This document shows, piece by piece, positions 1-9,186 of a stretch of 25,170 nucleotides of DNA (the stretch's first letter is position 1; the number at the start of each line of letters is the position of its first letter). The notes beneath the pieces are model-generated. The model did not search any database. It had not been told where the DNA came from and worked only from the letters and a program-made list of their open reading frames with translations. The stretch comes from an uncultured Nitrososphaerota archaeon (lineage in GTDB: Archaea > Korarchaeota > Korarchaeia > Korarchaeales > Korarchaeaceae). Position numbers and translations under genes: made by a program. Location: contig CAYZRF010000024.1 in assembly GCA_964480775.1 (NCBI GenBank), positions 1-25,170 of the forward strand, in the 5' to 3' direction.

Positions 1-47
1 AGGTTAATATTAAATACCTTGGACCCATCTTTAATGAGGTATTACCC

Positions 48-401
48 ATGGTAGAAGTCAAGCACAGGGATCTTGGCGAGACCCTCTTAATCAAAATTTT
101 CGGGTACTCACCGAAGTTAAGGATACTCGACATTTTCCTAGATAACCCGTACTTCGACTTCACGAAAAGCGAGTTGGTAAGAGAATTGGGGATGAGTAAG
201 CAAACCCTATACAAGAACTTCAGGGACTTAGAAGAGTTGGGTATAGTGGCTGTCTCAAGGAAGATAGGGAGAGCAACCCTTTACAGGTTGAACAGGGAAA
301 ACCCACTCGTTGAGTTGCTGGATCAGATAGTAACAGAAGCGTCGCTTCAAATAGCTAAGAAAGAAGCTAAAAAACAAGCTAGGGCCGTTCCGATTAAGTA
401 A
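48..401 (+). CDS. Winged-helix DNA-binding protein (ArsR/MarR-like small archaeal regulator, possible antitoxin)
   Basis: 117-aa ORF. The ATG is preceded by GAGGT 7 nt upstream. The segment FTKSELVRELGMSKQTLYKNFRDLEELGIVAVSRKIGRATLYRLN has an HTH-plus-wing pattern, and the tail is basic and K/A-rich. Confidence 0.6.
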   Translation: MVEVKHRDLGETLLIKIFGYSPKLRILDIFLDNPYFDFTKSELVRELGMSKQTLYKNFRDLEELGIVAVSRKIGRATLYRLNRENPLVELLDQIVTEASLQIAKKEAKKQARAVPIK

Positions 402-471
402 TCATTTTTCTTCTTTATGTTAAACCTTAGTTCATGAATCAGGTATCTCCCATCCCAGCTTTTTTCGATGA

Positions 472-651
472 AGATCTAAGGTCTTTCTTCATAAGATCGC
501 TTTTGCTCCAGTAAAATCTTATCCCAAGCAAAAGGGCAAGGCGGATGTCTTCATAACTAGGAACAAGAAGGACTACGAAGGCGTTAAGGATGAAATCGAA
601 GTACTAATGCCCGAGGAGTTCTTGGTTAAGTATAGTTCTAGCTTTCATTAA
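472..651 (+). pseudogene. C-terminal remnant of a PIN-domain (VapC/PIN_3-like) nuclease
   Basis: The frame is open from 472 to TAA 649-651 with no ATG/GTG/TTG start. The translation ...KGKADVFITRNKKDYEGVKDEIEVLMPEEFLVKY matches the typical C-terminal end of PIN toxins (xDxxITxDxDF/Y ... IxVxTPxEFL). Only about 60 aa remain. A separate 26-codon ATG ORF (434-514) lies in another frame. Confidence 0.3.
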
Positions 652-761
652 GAATTAAGGGGATCGCGTTTAATTCAATGACAACGCTGATTGGAAGTTC
701 AGTCCACTTCTGCACATCCACGTGGTTCGAAAGAGAGATCTTAAGGGTACTTTGAATGAAT

Positions 762-2021
762 TCATCTCAGGTAGCCCTCGAGACCATCTACCCTCTTCTT
801 ATCGGTCTTAGCTTCTCCAAAAAAGACTGGTTTGCCATAAACCCCATCATAGCCCGGCTCAATTTCAACCTTTCCCTCTCTAATCAAGAGGATAGAATTA
901 GCGATGCTATCTCCGACGACGGAAGAGATCTCGTCAAGGGGAACCTCCATCAAAATCTTAAGTTCATTACCAAAGCGATTTATCAACTCATTGTAGATCT
1001 TGAGCATTCTCTTGGAGTACTTCTCCCCAGATCCCAGGCTAAATGAGATTACCTCATACAGGGGCAACAGATCCTTGTAAGGCAAAGCTCCGGTGGGCAT
1101 ATAACCCTCAGGTCTATCTGCTAGCTCCTCAACTCTGTGTAAAACACCAATGGTTAACCTCTTCCCGCAAACAGGACATCTGTTCCCTAGCTTCATGGCC
1201 TCTTTAGGATGAAGACTGACCCCGCATTTAGAATGCCCGTCATAGTGATATTTCCCGTAAGCTGGATTTGTCTCCACAGTAAATAAGAATTCTGAGGGGG
1301 ATTTGCTCCTAATAGCCCCTATCAATGTCCTGTAGCTGGGTTCCTTCAAATCAAAAACGTTAAGCTCTCTACCAATCCTCCAACTCCAAGGAGAATGGGC
1401 ATCAGAAGAGCTTACAAGAGCATACCTGTCTAGACTGCTGAGCCTCCAATTCATTGAAGGATCTGATGACAATCCGGTCTCTAATGCATGAATGTGAATC
1501 GAAGCATCCTCAAATGCCTCTTCAACGCTATCAAAACCGCTATTTGAACCAAACAAAGAGAACCAGGGGGTCCAAATGTGGGCTGGAATGACCTCAAGGT
1601 CCTGACCAACTTCTAATACAGAATCCACTAATTCAGCTGGTGTCATACGTAGAGAAGGCCGTCCGTCCGATATCAGATCCCCTCTCCCTTCCAAAATTGC
1701 GTTTAAAGATTCTACAGCTTCAAAATCAGGAGCCAAGATGAGATGATGTATCCTGTGGATTCTTTCTCCTCTTTCGAACACCGTATTGACCTCTGCTGTT
1801 AAGATAAAGAAGGTTCCATTGTAGATATAGAAACCCTCAAACTCAGAGGGTCTGAGGAGGGCTTTAAGTTCTTTTAACCAGAGTGGATGGGTAAAATCTC
1901 CTGTTCCCAAAAGGTTTAATCCCTTTTTCTCAGCCCAGTAGGCTAGATTAGGAACGCTCATTTCCTTGCTTGTAGCCCTGCTATAGCGGGAATGTATGTG
2001 AAAATCAGCGTATATCCTCAT
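762..2021 (-). CDS. endoQ: Endonuclease Q-like PHP-domain nuclease with Zn ribbon
   Basis: 419 aa. N-terminal PHP signature YADFHIHSRYSRATSKEM...GLNLLGTGDFTHPLW, later PAHIWTPW, SSSDAHSPWSWRIGRELN, GKYHYDGH and the Zn ribbon CPVCGKRLTIGVLHRVEELADR. The C-terminal PGYDGVYG matches the remembered EndoQ architecture. The ATG overlaps the upstream stop (ATGA at 2018-2021). Confidence 0.65.
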   Translation of the reverse strand: MRIYADFHIHSRYSRATSKEMSVPNLAYWAEKKGLNLLGTGDFTHPLWLKELKALLRPSEFEGFYIYNGTFFILTAEVNTVFERGERIHRIHHLILAPDFEAVESLNAILEGRGDLISDGRPSLRMTPAELVDSVLEVGQDLEVIPAHIWTPWFSLFGSNSGFDSVEEAFEDASIHIHALETGLSSDPSMNWRLSSLDRYALVSSSDAHSPWSWRIGRELNVFDLKEPSYRTLIGAIRSKSPSEFLFTVETNPAYGKYHYDGHSKCGVSLHPKEAMKLGNRCPVCGKRLTIGVLHRVEELADRPEGYMPTGALPYKDLLPLYEVISFSLGSGEKYSKRMLKIYNELINRFGNELKILMEVPLDEISSVVGDSIANSILLIREGKVEIEPGYDGVYGKPVFFGEAKTDKKRVDGLEGYLR

Positions 2022-2845
2022 CTAACCTCGCCGTGATCATTAGTACTCGGTTGCTTTGGATTCTTTTCTCTAAGAGCCATTTCAACCGGTATTGAGGCCA
2101 ACCACTTGGATTCTAAGTATTGAGCTAAAGGATCAATAATTGACGCTTCCAGAACGACAACCATTAAGGGGGAATCTCTCTTTCTTCCAACCAAAGCAAC
2201 GCGTCTTTTATCGATTAGAATCCCCGAAGTTTTGGATTTTGAGATCCTCATCTCAAAATTCCTAAAGTTGGCAGATAGCTTAGATAACCAATCAGCAGAT
2301 GGGAGCACCATTCTTACATTAGAAATGCAAGTGTTTGGGAGAATGGACAGTACTTCAGCGAATAACCAACTATCAGCCTCCGAAAAAACAGCTAAAAGGT
2401 CACTTTCTGCAGCTTTTAGAAGATCTCTTAACAAGCCCAAGAACAAGCACTCCTCTCTAAGGACAAGGAGATCTTCCTTCATCCATTGAGATACTGAGAC
2501 AAGGTCAGAAATAAGACCCATACATTCAAACAGCTTTTTAAAACGTTCTTCTATCTCTAACGATTTTCTAACATAGAAATTCTTAATGGCTAGCTCAGGA
2601 GATATTGGAGAATAACGTATCGGCCTAGAACCCTCATATCTAACCAAGCCTAGCTCATGAAGTTGCTCAAACGTTTTATATATTCTCTCAACAGGAATTC
2701 CTGTTTCTATGCTTGTTTTCTTGGCGTTTGAGGCCCCCTCCTTCAAGAGAAATGCGTATACCTTCGCCTGCGTTTCCGTGAGGCCTATCTCTCTTAATGT
2801 TTCAATTAGCGCAAACGACTTTCCCTTATTATCCTTCAACCTCAA
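2018..2845 (-). CDS. TrmB-family transcriptional regulator
   Basis: 275 aa. The N-terminal TrmB-type wHTH is IGLTETQAKVYAFLLKEGASNAKKTSIETGIPVERIYKTFEQLHELGLVRYEGSRPIRYSP, followed by a coiled linker and a C-terminal effector-like domain. TTG start in a TTGA overlap with the glycerate kinase stop. Confidence 0.7.
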   Translation of the reverse strand: MRLKDNKGKSFALIETLREIGLTETQAKVYAFLLKEGASNAKKTSIETGIPVERIYKTFEQLHELGLVRYEGSRPIRYSPISPELAIKNFYVRKSLEIEERFKKLFECMGLISDLVSVSQWMKEDLLVLREECLFLGLLRDLLKAAESDLLAVFSEADSWLFAEVLSILPNTCISNVRMVLPSADWLSKLSANFRNFEMRISKSKTSGILIDKRRVALVGRKRDSPLMVVVLEASIIDPLAQYLESKWLASIPVEMALREKNPKQPSTNDHGEVR

Positions 2846-4215
2846 AGGATAACAGCCCCCAGCACATCCATCACGTTTGTGAGGGTCGGTCCCGTGAAAA
2901 TCAAGTCGTTTAGGGCGAGGAAGAAGGAGTAGGAATCATTTCTGTTGAGGAAAGTCGACGGTTTCAAGCCCAAACTTAGAGCTCTGTTAAGAGTTTTCCC
3001 ATCAGCAATTGCTCCAGCAGCATCTGTCACTCCATCAACCCCATCGGTTCCCACAGAAGCTATGCACAGTCCCTCTTCTTCAGCTATCTTTTCTACGGAT
3101 CCAAGAACTACTTCTTGGTTCCTTCCACCCTTACCAGAGCCCATAACTCTAACTGTCGTTTCGCCTCCAGCTAAAACTACTGCAGGCGGGCTTATAGGAA
3201 TGCTCTGATGCTTTATTCCTTGGGCGATACCTGCCAAAGCCTGTCCTACATGCCTAGCCTCTCCTTCAATAAAAGATCCTAAGACTAGCGTATTCAGACC
3301 AAAGGCCCGGGCACGATCAGAGGCAGCATTAAGAGCCTTTTCATTGTTTGCGATTATGAAGTTATGCACCCGTTCAAAGATGGGGTCTCCAGGCTTCGGC
3401 GTGTCTTGGATTTCACCCCTGATCCCCTTTTTGAGGGTGTCCACTATGCTTTCGGGCATCTTCTCCAAAATATCGTACTTCTCTAACACTTCCCACGCAT
3501 CTTGAAAGGTCGTAGTATCCGGAGCTGTGGGTCCAGAGGCTATGGCATCAAGAGGATCTCCTATAACGTCTGATATAATTAGAGAGATAACTGTTGCAGG
3601 ATAACAAAGTCTGGCCAGTCTTCCACCCTTTATCCGCGAGATATGCTTCCTAATTGAGTTTATCTCTTGGATCCTAGCTCCACATTCCAAAAGAACCTTA
3701 GTTGCTCTGTTGAGATCCTCTAGAGTTATTCCAGGCATGGGCATTTCCATTAGAGCGGAGCCACCACCGGAAATTAGGGTTATAACGACGTCAGACTCAT
3801 CCAGTCCTCTTACAAGCTCAACTATCTTACGCGTTCCCTCCAATGTATTGAGATCTGGAATTGGATGCCCAGCGGGAAAAGTCAAGACCTTGTTGAGGCT
3901 GAAGAGACTCTCCGTTCCTTTCAGCACATTCACGCAACCCGCATAGATTTTATCTGAAAGAGCGTATTCAAGCCCCTCAGCCATCTTACCGCTTGCCTTT
4001 CCAGCACCTATCACAAGTACTTTGCCCTTCAGGAGAATCTCCAGATCTTTAACGGAAAAACACTCATCCTTTAACGAAACAGAAGAAATTACGCTTTTTT
4101 TACCGTCAGCAGTCTCTATAGCTGACTCTAGGGTCCTAAGCATGATCTCTCTAGCTCTCTTATTCTTACCAATACCATTCGATATTATTTCCGAAGAGTT
4201 TTTGATGATACTCAA
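2842..4215 (-). CDS. gck: Glycerate 2-kinase (DUF4147/MOFRL family)
   Basis: 457 aa. Motifs typical of MOFRL glycerate kinases: VLVIGAGKASGKMA, LISGGGSALME, SIRKHISRIKGG, ISDVIGD, TAPD, VLAGGETTV, GKGGRNQE, GTDGVDG, FTGPTLTNVMD. TTG start (TTGA overlap with the clp1-like stop). An internal ATG at codon 25 is an alternative start. Confidence 0.85.
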   Translation of the reverse strand: MSIIKNSSEIISNGIGKNKRAREIMLRTLESAIETADGKKSVISSVSLKDECFSVKDLEILLKGKVLVIGAGKASGKMAEGLEYALSDKIYAGCVNVLKGTESLFSLNKVLTFPAGHPIPDLNTLEGTRKIVELVRGLDESDVVITLISGGGSALMEMPMPGITLEDLNRATKVLLECGARIQEINSIRKHISRIKGGRLARLCYPATVISLIISDVIGDPLDAIASGPTAPDTTTFQDAWEVLEKYDILEKMPESIVDTLKKGIRGEIQDTPKPGDPIFERVHNFIIANNEKALNAASDRARAFGLNTLVLGSFIEGEARHVGQALAGIAQGIKHQSIPISPPAVVLAGGETTVRVMGSGKGGRNQEVVLGSVEKIAEEEGLCIASVGTDGVDGVTDAAGAIADGKTLNRALSLGLKPSTFLNRNDSYSFFLALNDLIFTGPTLTNVMDVLGAVIL

Positions 4216-5480
4216 GGCTCTGTCAGACCCCTCCTTCCAATTTGTGTGCCATCTCTATTGAACTTTAGGTACCCAAAATCTATATACTCAAAGTCGCCCG
4301 AGAATTTAGTGAGGATTTCTAAAAATCCTTGATCTGGTCTGAAGCTCTTGATTATTCCAACCCCACTACAAAAACCGAGGCAATCTAAGAAACCAACATA
4401 CAAACCCTCATATCCCCTTATGGTAGCTACCCTTAGAGGCTTCCCCTTAATCATCAATCCCTTCTGCACTCCAAATGAATTCAAAAGACAAACTATTACA
4501 TCTGGAGCTTCTTCAGCGTATACTACTGGCCTTCTAAGCAATTTTTCGATCTCTCGACTGAGTTCAGGACTGGTTGAACCCGAAGAAAACAGCGTATCTA
4601 GGAGCTTGGTTTCACTTATGCCGATCCTCACACTTTTAGCTCCATTTAAGTATCTCTTTATGTTGTTTTGTCTGAAAAGAGCCCTGTATGAGCGGTCTTT
4701 TTTCCTTATACTCCTTGCAACAGGAATTTTAATGAGTTCGGAAGATTTTGGGATTAGTTTTTCTATGTGCCGTGCTTCATCTCCTCTTTGCAGAATTACA
4801 ACCTTGCTAGGTTCCGTTGCTAAGATTTTAAACCTCTTAAGAGCTCTTGCAGGACCAGAGTGAATATAACCAGTGGTGTTTATCAATATGACATCTGCTC
4901 CTTTATCTCTTGCCGCGTCTAGGAGCTTCTTAGTCCCTACTACCATGGGTAAGAGATGTCCTCTTGGAGTGTTGTCTCCGACAAAGAAGAGGAGGTTCGG
5001 ACAGGTTAGTGATGGATGAATGATCCTTTCTTCTATGAGCGATAAACCAATTGTTCCCACGGGGCCTATATCAGATTGCCCGATATCTGCGTCTATAAGC
5101 CCTACTTTTAGATCATTAGACACCAACTTATTTGCGAGGAACGAGAACAACCCGCTCTTACCTACATCTACGCCTCCAAGTAGCATTATTGTATCTCCTG
5201 ATACAATTTTTGTGGTTAATTCCTCCCATTCCCTTGGAACTATTTCAGGAGTCTCTATGGGCTTAGAAGCGGCCCATACCTCCAAATCACTAGTCTCTAA
5301 AGCCCTTATTAGAACAGGGATTCCCCTTCCCCTTACCTCTATGGAATCAGTTTCTGAGCCCCAACACTCAACTCTTCCTTTCCTCACAGTTAGCTTCAAA
5401 GGGCTTAGGAGCAAAAATCCGTAACGTGATTTTAGTGTGCATTCGAATTTGTGTAAGCCAATCGCGATGTCATGTGCCAT
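4212..5480 (-). CDS. Clp1/Grc3-family polynucleotide 5'-hydroxyl kinase
   Basis: 422 aa. Walker A MLLGGVDVGKSGL, then the Clp1-type DADIGQSDIGPVGTIGL motif and NTTGYI. N-terminal beta-rich and C-terminal domains are laid out as in archaeal Clp1. Confidence 0.65.
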   Translation of the reverse strand: MAHDIAIGLHKFECTLKSRYGFLLLSPLKLTVRKGRVECWGSETDSIEVRGRGIPVLIRALETSDLEVWAASKPIETPEIVPREWEELTTKIVSGDTIMLLGGVDVGKSGLFSFLANKLVSNDLKVGLIDADIGQSDIGPVGTIGLSLIEERIIHPSLTCPNLLFFVGDNTPRGHLLPMVVGTKKLLDAARDKGADVILINTTGYIHSGPARALKRFKILATEPSKVVILQRGDEARHIEKLIPKSSELIKIPVARSIRKKDRSYRALFRQNNIKRYLNGAKSVRIGISETKLLDTLFSSGSTSPELSREIEKLLRRPVVYAEEAPDVIVCLLNSFGVQKGLMIKGKPLRVATIRGYEGLYVGFLDCLGFCSGVGIIKSFRPDQGFLEILTKFSGDFEYIDFGYLKFNRDGTQIGRRGLTEP

Positions 5481-5611
5481 TCAGGGGATTTCTCAACCGA
5501 TATCTTAAATTATTACATATACCAGATCAAATCGAATGGGATGGAAGGAATCCATTTTTCCCTAACTTTTAATTGGTAATTGTGAAAGAAGGCTAAAGAG
5601 AGGTTTTTATC
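5481..5611. promoter_or_regulatory. Divergent promoter region between the clp1 operon and the RuBisCO-like gene
   Basis: 131-bp AT-rich spacer. It carries TATA-like elements (CTTAAATTATTACATATA about 5503-5521, TTTTAATTGG about 5569-5578) and GAGAGG 8 nt upstream of TTG 5612. Confidence 0.3.
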
Positions 5612-6826
5612 TTGGGGAAAGTTAAACGAGGATCCACAACATCTTCAGGGACTGAAAACTTGGAAGTAATTTATCGAATAAGAGGCGAGGTTTCTGTCAG
5701 TAAAATTGCTGATTTCATTTCATCAATGAAAGAAACAGCAGAAAGTAAGCAAATAGGGGGCTTAATATCGAAAATAAGGATATCTACCGTGGATGAAGAG
5801 AACTCCTTGCTAGGAATAGAATATCCCAACGACCTTTTTGACATAGAGTCCAACGGCATCCCTCAACTTATCTCAACCATCACAACGAATTTCTTTGAGG
5901 TAGTTAAGGTTGGTGAAATTGAATTAATGGACATACGGCTTCCTAAGGACTTTCTATCCTATTTTTCAGGCCCTAAGTTTGGGACTGAGGGAATTAAAAG
6001 GATGCTGGCATCCAAGGGTCCACTTCTTGGAGTTGTTATGAGGACAAGTCCCGATATCCTTCCAGCCACTCAAGCTAGGATATTTTACGATATTGCTATC
6101 TCTGGCATTGACGTCGGGGTTGATCCTCCGTACTTAACAAACCAGAATTTCAGCCCAATAGAGGCCAGAGCTTCGCATTTTGCGGATATGATCGATAGGG
6201 TGAGGGGGGAAACAGGTAGGAAGATAATGTACGCCATTAACATAACCTCGGGATGTGATAAGATACTGGAATTTGCTGAGAAAGCCGTTGAGAACGGTGC
6301 AACTGCATTAGAGGTAGATATTTCTAGTACTGGACTTTTTGTATTAGAAATGTTAGTTAAGGGAGGGCTTGAGGTCCCAATTTATGTAGTTGGTACATAC
6401 GAACCGTCCTTCATAGCTTCAAATGGATCTCTTTCAGGAAGAGCAATAGCCTTCATGGCAAGGCTATTGGGTGGAGATCTTGTCGCCAGAGGAGCTATTT
6501 CAAGAGGAAAATATGAGTTAGAGGAGTTAAAAGAAATTGATGGTGTCTTGAGGAGAAAGCTGGATAATATACTCCCAGCAATGCCAACAGCATATGGAGG
6601 GGTCTTTCCTGGGAGTTTAGAGGCAAACATACTTACGTTTGGTCAAGATCAGGTCCTGATGGCGGATGAAGCCATTTTCTTCCATCCTTGGGGAATTCAA
6701 GCGGGTGCTAGGGCTTTAAGGGAGGCCATGGATGCTATAATGCGAGGGGAGGGAGTTTTAATGGCAGCTCAAACTCATGACGAACTCAAACAAGCAATTG
6801 AGAAATGGGGATACGGCCCGGCTTAA
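5612..6826 (+). CDS. RuBisCO large-subunit-like protein, form III-derived, catalytic residues not conserved (non-carboxylating RLP)
   Basis: 404 aa. Collinear with archaeal form III RbcL (TNFF, GPKFGTEGIKRML, GETGRKIMYAINIT, YGG, HPWG, AGARALREAMDAIMRG...THDELKQAIEKWG). The KPK, KDDE, HxHRAMH and GGG motifs are replaced (see findings). TTG start with GAGAGG 8 nt upstream. The first in-frame ATG (codon 39) would delete aligned N-terminal sequence. Confidence 0.8.
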   Translation: MGKVKRGSTTSSGTENLEVIYRIRGEVSVSKIADFISSMKETAESKQIGGLISKIRISTVDEENSLLGIEYPNDLFDIESNGIPQLISTITTNFFEVVKVGEIELMDIRLPKDFLSYFSGPKFGTEGIKRMLASKGPLLGVVMRTSPDILPATQARIFYDIAISGIDVGVDPPYLTNQNFSPIEARASHFADMIDRVRGETGRKIMYAINITSGCDKILEFAEKAVENGATALEVDISSTGLFVLEMLVKGGLEVPIYVVGTYEPSFIASNGSLSGRAIAFMARLLGGDLVARGAISRGKYELEELKEIDGVLRRKLDNILPAMPTAYGGVFPGSLEANILTFGQDQVLMADEAIFFHPWGIQAGARALREAMDAIMRGEGVLMAAQTHDELKQAIEKWGYGPA

Positions 6827-6848
6827 CGCTAATTCAGGCCGTTTAGGT

Positions 6849-7874
<1,026 letters not shown>

Positions 7875-7912
7875 CTAAAAAGGACTTTTAACCTTATTGT
7901 AGATGTTATCCC

Positions 7913-9175
7913 TCAGAAAAAGTACCATCCTTCCATCTGTCTCCAGTCCCATTTGTAATCTTCTGCAAGATAATAGCCGTATACTATGGCCCCCCTCCAG
8001 ACGCTAAACTGAGGATCACTCACCATTTTTGGCTCTGATGTTATTCCAATCCTCTCTAAAAGCAGTTTTATCTTTGTAGGCGAGTCAACTGCTATGTTCT
8101 CAAGCTCAGAAGGAACTTTCCAATAAAAGGCCCCGCCCGACAGTATCACACTCCTTAGAAGCTGTGGCTGTATTTCAACTGGCGTCTTTGAGACAGAAAC
8201 ACGTATTGCCTCGCCTAAATCAACATCTCCTCTAATTACCTCGCCTGCAACCAACGTGTCTTTAGGAGGGGAAAAACCACGGGAGTAATAGCTCTCAAAG
8301 ATTTCATGCCTAGGATTAAAGTAAAACTCACCTATAAGAAACCTTAGCCAGCCCTTGTCTTCCATCTCTATCTTCACTGCGGTTTGAGGTATCTGGAAGC
8401 TTGAGACCAAAGCGCTTGGATTCTCCTTGGCCCAAGAGATTGCCTTGTCCAAATCCCTTGGCACGAGACCGGCTGCCTCTTTGAACAATCTGACAAATTT
8501 CTCCTCCTTGGCCAGATCTGAGTACCCCAGATCCTTGAGGATTTGAGCAGAAATTCTATCAGAATCAGATCCCCCTCTATTGAGTGGGATTAAGGCCCCA
8601 CTAATTACATCCTTACTTATCGGAGTGATTTGCGTGTTTCCATGGCCAGCCTCTAGTACTGTGCATACCGTAGCCTTTTCAGCAATTGCAACTGCCAGAG
8701 GCTGAGGTATGATAGTTAGAGCTTTGACTAAACGTCCTTCCTCCTTGTTTATCTCCTCATGAAGCTGAAAGAATTTTTCATACATGTAGGTTGGGGCTTG
8801 AGCTGCCAAGGCGGTGACAGCATAGAAACCATCAAAGCCACCTGATTTCTCTGGTATGTATCTAAGAAGAGAATATCTTAGAAGCTCTTTTGCTGCACGC
8901 CATCCTCGTTCATCTCTTCTCTCTATGACTCCATTTCTCATGGGATAAACAAGCCTGCTCAAGTCTGCCTTAGATTCAAGATATTCAACTACCTCTGGAC
9001 CAACCACTACCTCTTTGGCGACATACCCTCTTATCCTCTCTACCGCCTTCGATATCTTTGGAAAATACGCCCTATTTTCGATCATATCAGGAGTCTTCCC
9101 TATCCAAATGGGACCAAACTTGTAAAAAGCGGTCCCAAAATCTTCCCCAAAGACAGGGCGTCCTATTTCCTCCAA
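7913..9175 (-). CDS. cren-1: Crenactin (archaeal actin homolog)
   Basis: 420 aa. Actin-fold motifs FGEDFGTAFYKFGP (phosphate 1), VLEAGHGNTQITP (phosphate 2) and ILSGGAFYWKVP (adenosine), plus LNRGG, ILKDLGYSD, GLVPR, DPQFSVWRGAIVYGY. These track the Pyrobaculum crenactin sequence almost block for block. TTG start with GAGGGG 5 nt upstream. Confidence 0.85.
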   Translation of the reverse strand: MEEIGRPVFGEDFGTAFYKFGPIWIGKTPDMIENRAYFPKISKAVERIRGYVAKEVVVGPEVVEYLESKADLSRLVYPMRNGVIERRDERGWRAAKELLRYSLLRYIPEKSGGFDGFYAVTALAAQAPTYMYEKFFQLHEEINKEEGRLVKALTIIPQPLAVAIAEKATVCTVLEAGHGNTQITPISKDVISGALIPLNRGGSDSDRISAQILKDLGYSDLAKEEKFVRLFKEAAGLVPRDLDKAISWAKENPSALVSSFQIPQTAVKIEMEDKGWLRFLIGEFYFNPRHEIFESYYSRGFSPPKDTLVAGEVIRGDVDLGEAIRVSVSKTPVEIQPQLLRSVILSGGAFYWKVPSELENIAVDSPTKIKLLLERIGITSEPKMVSDPQFSVWRGAIVYGYYLAEDYKWDWRQMEGWYFF

Positions 9176-9186
9176 AACAACCCCTC

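Noticed and set aside
718-732. CCACGTGG palindrome followed by GGTTCGAAA, reminiscent of a tRNA T-arm
   Set aside because: The flanks cannot form a T-stem or the rest of a cloverleaf. No acceptor or anticodon arms are present, and the composition is not GC-rich as expected for a thermophile tRNA.
4348-4863. 171-aa ORF on the plus strand, and a similar one at 5020-5424 (134 aa), inside the clp1-like gene
   Set aside because: Both lie entirely antisense to a gene with clear P-loop/Clp1 motifs. Their products are Ser/Leu/Pro-rich and low-complexity, typical of shadow ORFs. There is no SD or promoter context.
5612-6826. Annotating this gene as a functional type III RuBisCO (rbcL)
   Set aside because: The carbamylated Lys, both Mg-ligand acidic residues, the catalytic His/Arg and the Gly-rich phosphate loop are all substituted in my alignment. 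Only a RuBisCO-like (non-carboxylating) call is supportable.
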